Assembly (NCBI GenBank): GCA_963828735.1
Contig: CAWHFW010000005.1
Span: 1,664,001-1,728,000 of the forward strand
Direction of reading: 5' to 3'
Source: an uncultured Gemmatimonadales bacterium
GTDB lineage: Bacteria; Gemmatimonadota; Gemmatimonadetes; Gemmatimonadales; GWC2-71-9
Length of the DNA stretch: 64,000 bases
Positions 39,679 through 49,752 of this stretch are shown here, piece after piece. Below the pieces are notes generated by a model, which saw only the letters and a list, made by a program, of their open reading frames with translations, was not told where the DNA came from and made no database searches. A program made the position numbers and the translations under genes. The stretch's first letter is position 1; the number at the start of each line of letters is the position of its first letter.

Positions 39679-40224
39679 CTAGGGCTGGTCCTTTCGCATC
39701 GCTACCTGCACCGCCTCCGGCGCCCGTTCGATCCGCGCCAGGATCGCCGCGCGATCGCCTGGCCCGAGGAGCGGCGAATCCGCGAGCATCTCGGCTCGAT
39801 GCCCGTTCTCCCACACCTGCCGCGAATTCTCCTGCTCCTGCGCGATCCACGCGGCATCCACGTACGCGAGCGCCGCCGAGCGCAGGTCTCCCCGCGCGAG
39901 CGCCTGACCCGCCGCCGCCGTCATGTCGGTCCGGGCGGTCGTGCGATCCCCTGTCGCGTACTCGAGCGCCGCGGCCTCCTTGAGGCACCGGAAGCCGAGC
40001 GGATCATCGGCGTCCCGGAGGTCAGCCGAGCGACGATGCAGCCGGGCGGCGTCCCCCCATCGGTGCGCCGCCACGAGCGCCGCGGCTTCGTCGTGCAGGC
40101 TGTCGGCCTTGGCCGAGCTGGTGAGAGTCGGCAGCTGGTACTGCGCTGCCGCAGCGGCCGGGAGACCGAGTGTCGCGAACAGCACGCCGGCGACGGAAAG
40201 GCGGTTACTGAATGACGGCTTCAT
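39679..40224 (-). CDS. Secreted helical (TPR-like) hypothetical protein
   Basis: Signal peptide ending AAAAQ and alanine-rich helical repeats. Confidence 0.7.
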   Translation of the reverse strand: MKPSFSNRLSVAGVLFATLGLPAAAAAQYQLPTLTSSAKADSLHDEAAALVAAHRWGDAARLHRRSADLRDADDPLGFRCLKEAAALEYATGDRTTARTDMTAAAGQALARGDLRSAALAYVDAAWIAQEQENSRQVWENGHRAEMLADSPLLGPGDRAAILARIERAPEAVQVAMRKDQP

Positions 40225-40400
40225 CGTGTACCCCCTGCACAGGACGGGTCGGCGTTTCAAGGCATGCTGTCGGGATCACATGCTGAGTCTGCGTGTCGCG
40301 CCTGCCTGCCGCAGGGGACGTTCGTCCCATGACTTCCCGAATCACGGAAACTTCACGCGGGGCCAACAGCGTAGTGGGTTCCAACCCCGGGCGGCGTACG

Positions 40401-41306
40401 ATGGAGCTGGCGGCACTGGTCGGAGCGGTAGAAGTCATGATGTCACCCCTGGAATGGGGGGGCCGCGACGCGTGGCTTGGGGAATGCCTCCGGCGGGTGC
40501 ACGGCGCGTGCGGCAGCGCGAGCGCGCCGCCTGCCGACGTGATCGCCGAGCTCGAGGCGGCGCTCCGCCTGCCGGGCGAGGAGCCAGGATGGCTGCGCGC
40601 GGCGCTCGCCTCGCCCGATGCGGAGCGGTGGGGCGGCGCGCTGCCCGTCGTCATGGACAGCTCCCAGGCTCTCGTGCTCGTGGTCTCCCTCCGGTGCGCG
40701 CTTTTCTCCGGTCTCGCTACGCTCCATCGACTTTGCACCTGGCGCAGCACGCTCGGCCTGGCGTTCGACGACATGGAGACCGGCATGGCGATTTTCGGGA
40801 ACGACGGCCTCGGCGAGGTCGCCCGGAATGCACGCCTGGACGAGCTGCTGGAGGAGGAGCGCGAGCGCGAGCGGCTGCTCGAGCTCGTCGCCTGCCAGGC
40901 ACGACGCGCTGCCGCCGCACCGATGCCGGGTGTGCGGGAGGAAGCCGAGGAGGTGGAGCTGGTCGGGGGCATCTACCGGCTGGTCACGAGCCGCGCGGCG
41001 GCTGGAACGCTGCTCAGCGAAGCGGCCGTGCTCGTGCTGGTGGACCGCCTGAGCCCTTCACTTCCGACCACCCAGGAGCTTCGAGCCACCTTCGGCCTTC
41101 GGGGGCGGGAGCCACAGGTGGCGCTGCTCGCCGCGGAGGGGCTCACGAACGCGGCGATCGCCCAGCGGATGCGACTGAGCGCACACACGGTGCGGCACTA
41201 TCTCGAGCGGGTGCTCGAGCGGCTTGGGCTCCACACGCGGAAGGCACTGGCCCTGCACCTGATGGCCGGGGGCGCAGAACGTCCGCAGCCGCGAAACAGC
41301 CGTTGA
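40401..41306 (+). CDS. LuxR-type HTH transcriptional regulator with degenerate PAS-like region
   Basis: C-terminal FGLRGREPQVALLAAEGLTNAAIAQRMRLSAHTVRHYLERVLERLG. Start uncertain (40293, 40329 or 40401). Confidence 0.85.
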   Translation: MELAALVGAVEVMMSPLEWGGRDAWLGECLRRVHGACGSASAPPADVIAELEAALRLPGEEPGWLRAALASPDAERWGGALPVVMDSSQALVLVVSLRCALFSGLATLHRLCTWRSTLGLAFDDMETGMAIFGNDGLGEVARNARLDELLEEERERERLLELVACQARRAAAAPMPGVREEAEEVELVGGIYRLVTSRAAAGTLLSEAAVLVLVDRLSPSLPTTQELRATFGLRGREPQVALLAAEGLTNAAIAQRMRLSAHTVRHYLERVLERLGLHTRKALALHLMAGGAERPQPRNSR

Positions 41307-41336
41307 TTCCTGCGTCCCGGATCGTAAACTCCGGGT

Positions 41337-43103
41337 GTGCAACACCAATCCTCGACCACCGCCGAATCCGACTACCGCGTCCTCGCACCCGGCACGCCCT
41401 CCACCAAGGCACCCGCGGCGCTCAGGAGGCTCGCGGTGTTCATGACCCACGGCATGGGCCAGCAGGTGCCGTTCACCACGCTCGACGCCGTGTTCGAGCG
41501 GCTGCGCCTCCGCGAGCCGTTCGCCTCCGCGCGCCCCGAGGCCGAGACGGTCCGGCTTGGCGGTCAGCAGATGCAGCGCCTCGTGCTCCGGCTCCCCGCC
41601 CTCGAGCGCGAGATCCACTTCTACGAGGGATACTGGGCGCCGCTCACCGAGGGTGAAGTCACGCTGCGCGACATCGTACGGTTCCTGCTCCGCGCGGGCG
41701 TGAATGGAATCCTCAACAGCACGACCAGTTTCTCCCGCTGGATCTTCGGCCGCTGGCAGTCGTACGACATCCCCGTGCGGAGCTGGGCGTACCTCGTGGT
41801 GGCGCTCGCGACGGTCGGCTCGCTGATCCTCATCAACTCAGTGGTCATCGTCGTGAGCACGGCGCGCGCCACGCTCGGCCAGACGCCGCCGCCCTGGCTC
41901 AGCGATGCGCTCTTCTGCGATCTCACCACCACGCTCAATCTCCTGCTCATCGTGGCGACGGCATTCGTCGTGATCCTCGGCGCCTCGAAGCTCGCACGGC
42001 GCCGCGGCGCCCGGTGGCTCCGGTCCCTGCTCGGATTCCTGAGCGTCGCTCTCTTCGCCCTGACGCTTCTGGCCACGGTGCTCGCGGGCCTCGCGCTTCC
42101 CCTCCTGATTTTGTCGCATGTTCAGCACCAGGGCGCCTGGGTGCCCGGGATGTGGCGGTGGAGCAGCCTGCTCGGGCAGCATGGAGCGGCGCGGCTCGAC
42201 AACTGGTGCAGCGCCGTGTTTCTCACGCTGCCCGTGCTGGCGATCGGGTACGTGCTGGGCTCGTGGGCCTTGACCTTCCTCACTGCGGCGGCCTCCCAGA
42301 TTCGCGCCCGTCGCCCGGCGCAGCAGCCGCTCGCCTCGCTCCTCGTGCTCGCGGCCTTCGCCGTCGGTACCACGCTCATCCTGATCGAGGTGTGGACGCT
42401 CTGGCCGTCGGGCGGCCCGGAGAACCACTGGCCGCTCCGCCTGCTGGTCACCTGGGCGGTGGTGCTGCTCCTGAGCGCCGTCGTCCGCCGATTCATGGTC
42501 CAGTACCTCGGGGACGTCGCCGTCTACATCGAATCGCATACCGTGGATCGCTTCGCCGAGCTGCGAACCAGAATCCGCGAGTGCGTCATCGACCGCGCGC
42601 GCGCCGTCTATGCGGCCACGGGGGCGGAGGCGTACGATCGGGTCGTGGTCGTCGGCCACTCGCTCGGCACGCTCGTGAGCTACGACGTGCTCAACCAGTT
42701 GCTCTGCGAGGACGCCATCGACCGGCAAGAGGGCCGCCCGACGCGGGACGTCGCCCGCCGCACGCCGCTCTTCCTCACCTTCGGCTCGCCGCTCGACAAG
42801 ACCGCCTTCATCTTCGCCGTGCAGCATGGCCGGACCACCCAGGCGCGGGAGGCGCTGGCGGCCTCCGCGCAGCCGATGCTGCAGGACTACGCCTGGCGGC
42901 CAGAGCGCTGGGTGAACATCTATTCGCCCTGGGACATCATCAGCGGGGCGCTCGAATACTACGATCTCCCCGGGGCGGCCGACCCGAGGCAGGTGGTGAA
43001 CCTGAAGGATCCGGATGCCACCACCCTGCTGATGGCTCACGTGGAATACTGGGAGGATGGCCTCCTGCCACAGGTGCTGGGGGAGGCGCTCGTTTCGGCC
43101 TAG
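41337..43103 (+). CDS. Membrane-integrated alpha/beta hydrolase
   Basis: HGMGQQ, GHSLG, TFGSPL, WDIISG and AHVEYW, with about 6 TM helices inserted. Confidence 0.75.
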   Translation: MQHQSSTTAESDYRVLAPGTPSTKAPAALRRLAVFMTHGMGQQVPFTTLDAVFERLRLREPFASARPEAETVRLGGQQMQRLVLRLPALEREIHFYEGYWAPLTEGEVTLRDIVRFLLRAGVNGILNSTTSFSRWIFGRWQSYDIPVRSWAYLVVALATVGSLILINSVVIVVSTARATLGQTPPPWLSDALFCDLTTTLNLLLIVATAFVVILGASKLARRRGARWLRSLLGFLSVALFALTLLATVLAGLALPLLILSHVQHQGAWVPGMWRWSSLLGQHGAARLDNWCSAVFLTLPVLAIGYVLGSWALTFLTAAASQIRARRPAQQPLASLLVLAAFAVGTTLILIEVWTLWPSGGPENHWPLRLLVTWAVVLLLSAVVRRFMVQYLGDVAVYIESHTVDRFAELRTRIRECVIDRARAVYAATGAEAYDRVVVVGHSLGTLVSYDVLNQLLCEDAIDRQEGRPTRDVARRTPLFLTFGSPLDKTAFIFAVQHGRTTQAREALAASAQPMLQDYAWRPERWVNIYSPWDIISGALEYYDLPGAADPRQVVNLKDPDATTLLMAHVEYWEDGLLPQVLGEALVSA

Positions 43104-43374
43104 CGAACGAGTTGGGCTCCTCTCACGTCCGCGCCCACTCGACTGTCCCGAGCGGCGGTCGGATGCGCACTGTGCCCGGACCCCAGCGGGGGACCAACGT
43201 CGCAGCGCGCGTGCACCCCTAACTTTGGTTGGCCCGCTCCCCACCTTGGGTCGGCATCCCGATCCATCCATCGCCCGCCGCAATTCCCGACCCTCGCTCG
43301 ATGCCCGCCCACGGCCGAATCGCGAAGTTCGCCCGGTGAGACTGAAATCACCGGCTCGAACCCGTTGAGGCCCC

Positions 43375-45354
43375 ATGTTCCGCCCGACCCGTATTCGCTG
43401 GCTGATCACCGCCACCATCCTGACCATCGCTTGCCGACGCCAGCCCGGCTCGCCCGCCAACGCCGCGCGCACCGACCGGCCGACCGAGCCACGCGCCGTG
43501 CCGCGCGTGGCCGCAAACGACAACCGACAGCCGGCCGGGTGGCTCCAGAACGGAGTGCTCACCGTCCGGCTCGTGGCGAGAGAAGGGGTGTGGTATCCCG
43601 AAGGGCCTGAGGGCACAGGCCTCGGGATCGCAGCGTTCGCCGAACCCGGGAAGCCCCCACAGAATCCCGGGCCGCTCATCCGCGTCCCCGCGGGCACCGA
43701 GGTCCACGCCATCGTGCGCAATGCGCTCGCGAAGCCGCTCACGGTTCTCGGCCTGGGCCGGCAGCGCGGTCTCGGCGCCGACAGCCTCCGGCTGCTGCCC
43801 GGTGCGGAGCGCGAGGTTCGCTTCCGGGCAACCACTCCGGGCACCTGGTACTACGCCGGCGTGACTTCGCCCGCGCCCGTGCTTGGACGGAGCACCGAGG
43901 ACAGCCAGCTCCAGGGCGCGATCGTGGTGGATCCGCCCGCGAGCATCAGTCCGCCTGCCGATCGCGTCTTCGTGATCTCGTGGTGGTTCACGCTCGACTC
44001 GACCAGGGCGAGCGGCCTCGGACGCGCCACCCTCGCGATCAACGGCCGGTCGTGGCCCTACACCGAGCGCATTGACGCGCTGCAGGGCGACTCGCTCCGC
44101 TGGCGATGGATCAACCTCACCGGTCTCGATCACCCGATGCATCTGCACGGTTTCTACTTCCGCGTAGATGCCGCCGGCGACGGCGCCCGCTACACCAGCT
44201 ACGCCGGGGACGAGCGGGGCCGGGCGGTGACGCAGGTGCTGCATCCGGGCGGAACGATGGCGCTCGCATGGACGGCCGACCGGCCCGGCAACTGGATCCT
44301 CCACTGCCACTTCGTGGGACACATCTCGCACCTGGTGTCCCTTGGCGAGGTGCACGGCACGGCGATGTCGGCCCCGCGCATCCACATGGTCGATTTCGCG
44401 GATGGGGGCATCCCACGGTTCCACCGTTCGGCCGCGACGGGGCATCAGATGGCGGGACTCGTGCTCGGCATTCGGGTCGCTCCCGTCGGTCCGGCGAGGG
44501 CGCCGGCGGCCAACCCGCGCCGGCTCCGCCTGCTGGTCCGCTCGAAGCCCAATGTGTACGGGGACAAGCCGGGCTATGCCTACGCCCTCGGCGGCACCGC
44601 CGAGGCGGACGACTCGGCGCCGTTGCCGGCGCGGAGTCCGACGCTCGTGCTCGAGAAGGGGGAGCCGGTGGCGATCACGGTCGTCAACCACTCGCCGGAG
44701 CCCGCCGCGGTGCACTGGCACGGGATCGAGCTCGAGAGCTTTCCGGACGGCGTGCCCGGCTGGAGCGGGAGTGGCCGCTCGGTACTGGATCCCATTCAGC
44801 CCGGCGACTCGCTCACCGTGCGCTTCACCCCGCCGCGCGCGGGGACGTTCATGTACCACTCGCACTTCGACGAGCTCGATCAGATCGCGTCGGGCCTCTA
44901 CGGCCCGATCGTCGTGCTCGACCGTGGACAGCGTTACGACGCCGACACCGACCGCGTCCTCCTCTTCAGCGACGGCGGCCCGACGACGAACGTGATCCGG
45001 GGCCCGTTCCCGCCCGCGCTGCTCAACGGACGGGAGCGCCCGGAGCCGATCGAGCTTCGCGCCGGGACGACGTACCGGTTCCGACTCATCAATATCCGGA
45101 CCGACTACATGGTGGCGCTGTCGCTGCTGCGGAAAGGAAGGCCGGTCGAATGGCGGGTGGTGGCGAAGGACGGCGCGGACCTGCCGGTTTCTCAGGTCGG
45201 ATCGCGACCCGCGAAGCTCACGTTCGCGGCGGGTGAGATCTATGACGTCGAGGTCACGCCCCGGAAGCCGGGCTCGCTCCGGCTGCGTTACGAGCTACCA
45301 CCTCGCGGTCCGGCGCCGTCGCAGCCGACAGAGGTGGCGGTACAGGTGCGGTAG
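43375..45354 (+). CDS. Multicopper oxidase with non-canonical domain order
   Basis: HPMHLHG and HCHFVGH...HQM precede VHWHG and MYHSH. Lipoprotein-like signal (TIAC). Confidence 0.88.
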   Translation: MFRPTRIRWLITATILTIACRRQPGSPANAARTDRPTEPRAVPRVAANDNRQPAGWLQNGVLTVRLVAREGVWYPEGPEGTGLGIAAFAEPGKPPQNPGPLIRVPAGTEVHAIVRNALAKPLTVLGLGRQRGLGADSLRLLPGAEREVRFRATTPGTWYYAGVTSPAPVLGRSTEDSQLQGAIVVDPPASISPPADRVFVISWWFTLDSTRASGLGRATLAINGRSWPYTERIDALQGDSLRWRWINLTGLDHPMHLHGFYFRVDAAGDGARYTSYAGDERGRAVTQVLHPGGTMALAWTADRPGNWILHCHFVGHISHLVSLGEVHGTAMSAPRIHMVDFADGGIPRFHRSAATGHQMAGLVLGIRVAPVGPARAPAANPRRLRLLVRSKPNVYGDKPGYAYALGGTAEADDSAPLPARSPTLVLEKGEPVAITVVNHSPEPAAVHWHGIELESFPDGVPGWSGSGRSVLDPIQPGDSLTVRFTPPRAGTFMYHSHFDELDQIASGLYGPIVVLDRGQRYDADTDRVLLFSDGGPTTNVIRGPFPPALLNGRERPEPIELRAGTTYRFRLINIRTDYMVALSLLRKGRPVEWRVVAKDGADLPVSQVGSRPAKLTFAAGEIYDVEVTPRKPGSLRLRYELPPRGPAPSQPTEVAVQVR

Positions 45355-45556
45355 GCGAACGGAGGGTCCCACGTGGCGACCCGCGACACAGTATCTGAAT
45401 CGCACAAGCGATTGCTGCGTAACGAGTTGCAATAAGTTGTGGCGTCGAGTCTCGCTGGTGCAGGAGGCTCGCAAGGCTGACCTGCACCTAGGTATCGTTC
45501 CGCACTTCCGTTTTGGACACCATACTATCGATGTCCATTCGATGGAGGGTGCCCCA

Positions 45557-45910
45557 ATGCGTGGCCTTCGATTCGCCGTGCCGCTCGCCGCTCTTTTGGT
45601 TCTCCCGCTCCGCACCATGTCTGCACAGGAGGTGGTCAGGACCGACCGACTTCCCGTGGGATTCACCGTGACCGCGGTGTCCGATGATGGCCGCTATGTG
45701 ACGCTGAAAGACGGCCGAACCTGGGAGGTAGACATCTCCGACCGCGCCACCACGGGCTCGTGGGTCGTCGGCGACTTCGTCGGCATGCGGATGATCTCCG
45801 CGCCACGAGGAGACTACGAGTGGCTGCTGATTCGGCGCGGTGACCTCGACCAGCAGGCGGCCGTGCGGTTGGTGGACTGGTCGGGCCAGCCGACCGCGGG
45901 GTCGGAGTAG
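45557..45910 (+). CDS. Small secreted beta-rich hypothetical protein
   Basis: GGAGG RBS, signal peptide and VSDDGRYVTLKDGRTWEV. Confidence 0.7.
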   Translation: MRGLRFAVPLAALLVLPLRTMSAQEVVRTDRLPVGFTVTAVSDDGRYVTLKDGRTWEVDISDRATTGSWVVGDFVGMRMISAPRGDYEWLLIRRGDLDQQAAVRLVDWSGQPTAGSE

Positions 45911-45953
45911 CGGAGAAACCGGGGCCCGGCGGGGCCTCTGGCTCTGAACACAC

Positions 45954-45990
45954 GAGAAGGGGGCATGCTCGAGAGGCATGCCCCCTTCTC
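45954..45990. terminator. Hairpin between convergent genes (GAAGGGGGCAT family)
   Basis: GAGAAGGGGGCATGC-TCGAGAG-GCATGCCCCCTTCTC. Confidence 0.75.
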
Positions 45991-46027
45991 TTCGTTCAGG
46001 GTGACGGATGCAGTTTCGTCGGCCAGG

Positions 46028-46510
46028 TTAGGCCGGCTGCTGCATGTTCGAGAAGAACTCGTCCGCCGCTTTCCGGAGCTCGTCGGGCGTGAGGTCCTTG
46101 ATGCGCTGCGACAGCCACCAGTGATGGCCGAACGGATCCTCGATGCACCCGCTGCGATCGCCCCAGAACTGGTCGGCAAGTGGCATGATCGCCTTGCCGC
46201 CGGCGTCCAATGCGCGCTTCCAGGCCGCGTCCACGTTCTCCTGATAGATGAAGAAGCTGACCGGGGTTCCGCCGTACGACTGCGGGCCCTTGGCACCATG
46301 CTCGGGCATTTCGTCGGCCATCATGATGACCGAGTCGCCGACCTTGATCTCGGCGTGCATGATCCGCCCATCCGGCCCCGCGAACCGACCCTGCTCCTCG
46401 GCGCCGAACGCCTTCTTGTAGAATTCGATCGCCTTCGGGGCACTCGACACCACGATGCTGGGCGTAACGCTGTGATACCCCTTCGGAATCGCCTGTGCTT
46501 TCGCTGCCAT
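46028..46510 (-). CDS. VOC/glyoxalase family protein (PhnB-like)
   Basis: AGGAGG RBS, IPKGYHSVTP, AIEFYKKAFGA and DQFWGDRSG..DPFGHHW. Confidence 0.92.
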   Translation of the reverse strand: MAAKAQAIPKGYHSVTPSIVVSSAPKAIEFYKKAFGAEEQGRFAGPDGRIMHAEIKVGDSVIMMADEMPEHGAKGPQSYGGTPVSFFIYQENVDAAWKRALDAGGKAIMPLADQFWGDRSGCIEDPFGHHWWLSQRIKDLTPDELRKAADEFFSNMQQPA

Positions 46511-46769
46511 ACGGCCTCCTGCCGCAATGTGAATGGAGGCAGAATATTCGAATCCTTGGTCCGTCCCGCAACCTCCCGGCGTCTCGGATGGGAACATCGA
46601 ATGTCACAGATTCGACGTTCGCGCCGGAGCTCTCTCACGTTTGTGTGCGAAGGCAGTGATTTGAATCACACGAAGAGTGAAGAGCCATCGAGGCTCAGGC
46701 CCGACAGGCCGGAACGAGTGGGCCACCGCTTGGAAGGAGAGCGGTGGCCCATCACGTGTGCGGAGAATG

Positions 46770-47396
46770 TCAGGGGCGCCAGTCCAACCCAAACTGCAGG
46801 CGGGTCGACAGGGTGTTATTGACGTTCACGTCGAAGCTCTGGCCGGGATCCTCGTAGTGGCCGAACTTGCCCATCGTGACGACGGCGGCCGCGTTGAGCG
46901 ACGTGTTCGGCGACAGCGCGTACGTGATGCCACCGCCGCCGCTCAGGGCCATGCCGTGAAGCTTCACGGTGCCGAAGTCGGCGACCTTGGCGCCGAGCCC
47001 ACGCAGGCCGACGGCGCCGGTGACGTACGGAGTGAGACGGCTCGCCGCCTTGGGGAAGCTCATGCGCCCGCCGAGCTCGAGCATGCCGAGGCCCCAGTGC
47101 CCCCCTCCGTCCTCCGCGGCGGCGCCAAGCCGGCCGAGGTCCGCGCCGGCGTAGATCATGTAGCGCGGGCTGAAGGCATAGCCGACTTGCGCGCCCGCAC
47201 CGGGACCCGACGAGATGTCGATGGGCGTGTCGACGTCAGGGCCGTCGATGCTGAAGCCGGGCATCGCGAACGCGTGTGCGTTGAGCACGAGGCCCCTCGG
47301 CGCCTTGGCGGGAGGCATCGAGCCGTGCTGCTGGGCGTGGACGGGTGCGGCGCCGGCTGTCGCCAGCGCCAGGATGGCAAGGATGATCTGTCGCAT
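46770..47396 (-). CDS. Outer-membrane beta-barrel protein
   Basis: Signal peptide, alternating beta strands (GAQVGYAF, LTPYVTG) and terminal FGLDW. Confidence 0.75.
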   Translation of the reverse strand: MRQIILAILALATAGAAPVHAQQHGSMPPAKAPRGLVLNAHAFAMPGFSIDGPDVDTPIDISSGPGAGAQVGYAFSPRYMIYAGADLGRLGAAAEDGGGHWGLGMLELGGRMSFPKAASRLTPYVTGAVGLRGLGAKVADFGTVKLHGMALSGGGGITYALSPNTSLNAAAVVTMGKFGHYEDPGQSFDVNVNNTLSTRLQFGLDWRP

Positions 47397-47580
47397 ACGT
47401 GGTCTCCCCTCGGGTCGTGGTCCTCGATTCGGGCTGGCGAGCTGATGCCTCGCAGGAGGGGATACGCAGGGACCCGGGGGGATGTCTCACATGGGGGTGG
47501 AGGAGGTCGAAGATGGCCTGACGGCCGCCCGAAGGACCCTCGCCTGTCCATAGGTCCCGATTTGGGTTAAAATCCCGTCC

Positions 47581-47937
47581 ATGTTCCTGGCCCTGCGCTC
47601 CCGCCGCCTCGCGTTCGTCGTCCTGGCCGCCTTCCTCTTGGCACAGCCGGCCGCAGGCTGTGCCGCGCTCTGCCTGTTTCAGGCCCACGACGCCGGCGCG
47701 CACGCGATGCCGGACATGGACCAGGGGCGCGGGACGCTGGCGAACGTCGCATGCCACACCGGCATCTCGGGCGCCGTCCAGCGCGCTTCGCTCCAGCTGC
47801 TCTCACCCATGGCCCCGACCCGCGCTGCCGTTGTCGCGACCGTCGCCGAGCAATGGGTCGAGCCCGTTGGCGCTCTCCCCGAGCTCCCGCGATTGGTGTC
47901 CCACGCTGTCGAGTCGCCCCCTCCGCGTTTCGTCTAG
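47581..47937 (+). CDS. DUF2946/CruR-like metal-responsive upstream ORF (putative)
   Basis: Signal/TM helix, CAALC, His/Met-rich linker, CH, and C-terminal SPPPR. Confidence 0.55.
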   Translation: MFLALRSRRLAFVVLAAFLLAQPAAGCAALCLFQAHDAGAHAMPDMDQGRGTLANVACHTGISGAVQRASLQLLSPMAPTRAAVVATVAEQWVEPVGALPELPRLVSHAVESPPPRFV

Positions 47938-48044
47938 CCCCAACACAACTCGTGCAGGACTTCGGCGTCTGACGGGCATTCCGTCGGCGTCGCGCGTGGC
48001 GCAAGGTGCACACGCCCGGGCTTCAGACCTAGGGAGACGACGAC

Positions 48045-49181
48045 ATGCGGGGAGTGACTCGGTCCGCTCGTATCGTGATCCTCATCCTCGGCCTCGCCGC
48101 CGGCAACGCCGCCGCGCAGGTCACGCCCGATCAGCCGGTCACGCTCGAGGGCGCGGGCAACGACGTGCAGCCCGTGACCGGTGAAGACCAGCATGCACTG
48201 GCCATTTCGGGCTTCGGCGTGGCCGGCTACACCTATGACGGGAAGACCGACGACAACTCCTTCTCGGCAGGCAAGGTGGCGGTGTCGCTCTTCCGCGAGC
48301 TCACCGACCACCTGTACGTCTTCGGGCAGCTGACGACGTCGATCCAGGACGAGGGTGACGCGGAGCCGGCGACCGAGATCGAGATCGACAACCTGCTGGT
48401 GAGCTTCACGCCGCCGGGGTCGTCCAACGTCAACCTCACCTTCGGGACGCTCGACGCTCCTGTCGGGTTCGAGCGTGACGACGAGGTCCTGCTCTTCACG
48501 CCGTCCACCTCGTTCAACTTCGAGCTGGCGCGGCCCGCGAAGCTCACCGGGTTGTTCGCGACCTGGACCCTGAGCCGGCGCGTGGATCTCAGCGGCTTCG
48601 TCGCCAACGGGTGGGACACGCCGATCGACCCCAATCACGGGAAGACCGTCGGGGCCCGGCTCGGCCTCCTGCCCGCGGAGGGCTCGAGCATCGGATTGAG
48701 CGCGCTCTATGGGTCGGAGGGCGAAGCCGGCGAGACCAACAACCGCCTGCTCCTCAACGCCGACTACGCGTTCGAGCCGGTGCGCGACTGGATCGTGGCC
48801 GGCGAAGCGAACTACGGCAAGGACTACGACCTTCCCGACGCCGGCGATGCGCGCTGGGCCGGGGCGATGCTGCTGGTGCACCGCCAGATGTCGCGCCACT
48901 TCGGCCTCGTCGCGCGCGCCGAGGTGATGGATGACAAGGACGGCGCGCGCACCGGCGTGCCGCAGACGCTCACCTCGTACACCCTCGCGCCGATCTATTC
49001 CATCGGCGTGGGACGCGAGGGCATCTTCGCCGACATTCAGCACACGACCTACCGGATTCCGCGATTCCAGCTCCGCGGCGAGGTCCGGCTCAACCACTCG
49101 AACGTGCCGTTCTTCGAGACGTCGGACGAGCCGGATCAGTGGGGCGTCCAATACACCGTGCAGCTGGTCACGACCTTCTAG
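48045..49181 (+). CDS. Putative outer-membrane porin (beta-barrel)
   Basis: GGGAGA RBS, signal peptide, GTLDAPVGFE, NGWD..NHGKTVGARL and C-terminal Phe. Confidence 0.8.
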   Translation: MRGVTRSARIVILILGLAAGNAAAQVTPDQPVTLEGAGNDVQPVTGEDQHALAISGFGVAGYTYDGKTDDNSFSAGKVAVSLFRELTDHLYVFGQLTTSIQDEGDAEPATEIEIDNLLVSFTPPGSSNVNLTFGTLDAPVGFERDDEVLLFTPSTSFNFELARPAKLTGLFATWTLSRRVDLSGFVANGWDTPIDPNHGKTVGARLGLLPAEGSSIGLSALYGSEGEAGETNNRLLLNADYAFEPVRDWIVAGEANYGKDYDLPDAGDARWAGAMLLVHRQMSRHFGLVARAEVMDDKDGARTGVPQTLTSYTLAPIYSIGVGREGIFADIQHTTYRIPRFQLRGEVRLNHSNVPFFETSDEPDQWGVQYTVQLVTTF

Positions 49182-49194
49182 CCGAGGGCGCACC

Positions 49195-49752
49195 ATGGGT
49201 CTCTACAGCCTGCGCCACGCGAATCGGTCGGTGAAGCTCGGCGCGCTGCTCTTCCTGCTGGTGCTGGGCTATGCCTACGTCTTCGCCTTCCTCATGGTGA
49301 AGACCTGGTCGGGGCTCACCCCCGCCCGCGTCCAGGCCACGTACGTGCCGAAACCGGGCATGGACGAGATGCGGATGACGACCGAGTCCCGCGCGACCAC
49401 GCAGCCGCTGGACCTGGGCAAGGTGCCGGAGATGCAGCACACGGTCGACACCAACCTGCTGGTCCAGGACAGCCACATCCACATCATGCTCTACGCCATC
49501 GTGGCCGGCCTGCTCACGCTGATCATCCTCGGGCTCGACTGGCCCGCGTGGTGGCGCGACACCGTGATCGTCACGGCGTTCGCCGCCGGCGCGCTCGACT
49601 TCGCCGGTCAGTGGCTCATGAAGTTCGGGCTGGGCGGGTTCGCCTGGCTCACGATCCTGTCGGGCTGGGGCATGTCCCTGGTCTATGTCATCGTCCTCTA
49701 TTCGACCGTCCGGGCAATCCTGCCCGGGCGCGCCCCGAGGAGCTCCTCATGA
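49195..49752 (+). CDS. Four-TM membrane protein with SHIH motif
   Basis: TM1, a Met-rich loop (GMDEMRM), then LLVQDSHIHIMLY and three further TM helices. Confidence 0.75.
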   Translation: MGLYSLRHANRSVKLGALLFLLVLGYAYVFAFLMVKTWSGLTPARVQATYVPKPGMDEMRMTTESRATTQPLDLGKVPEMQHTVDTNLLVQDSHIHIMLYAIVAGLLTLIILGLDWPAWWRDTVIVTAFAAGALDFAGQWLMKFGLGGFAWLTILSGWGMSLVYVIVLYSTVRAILPGRAPRSSS

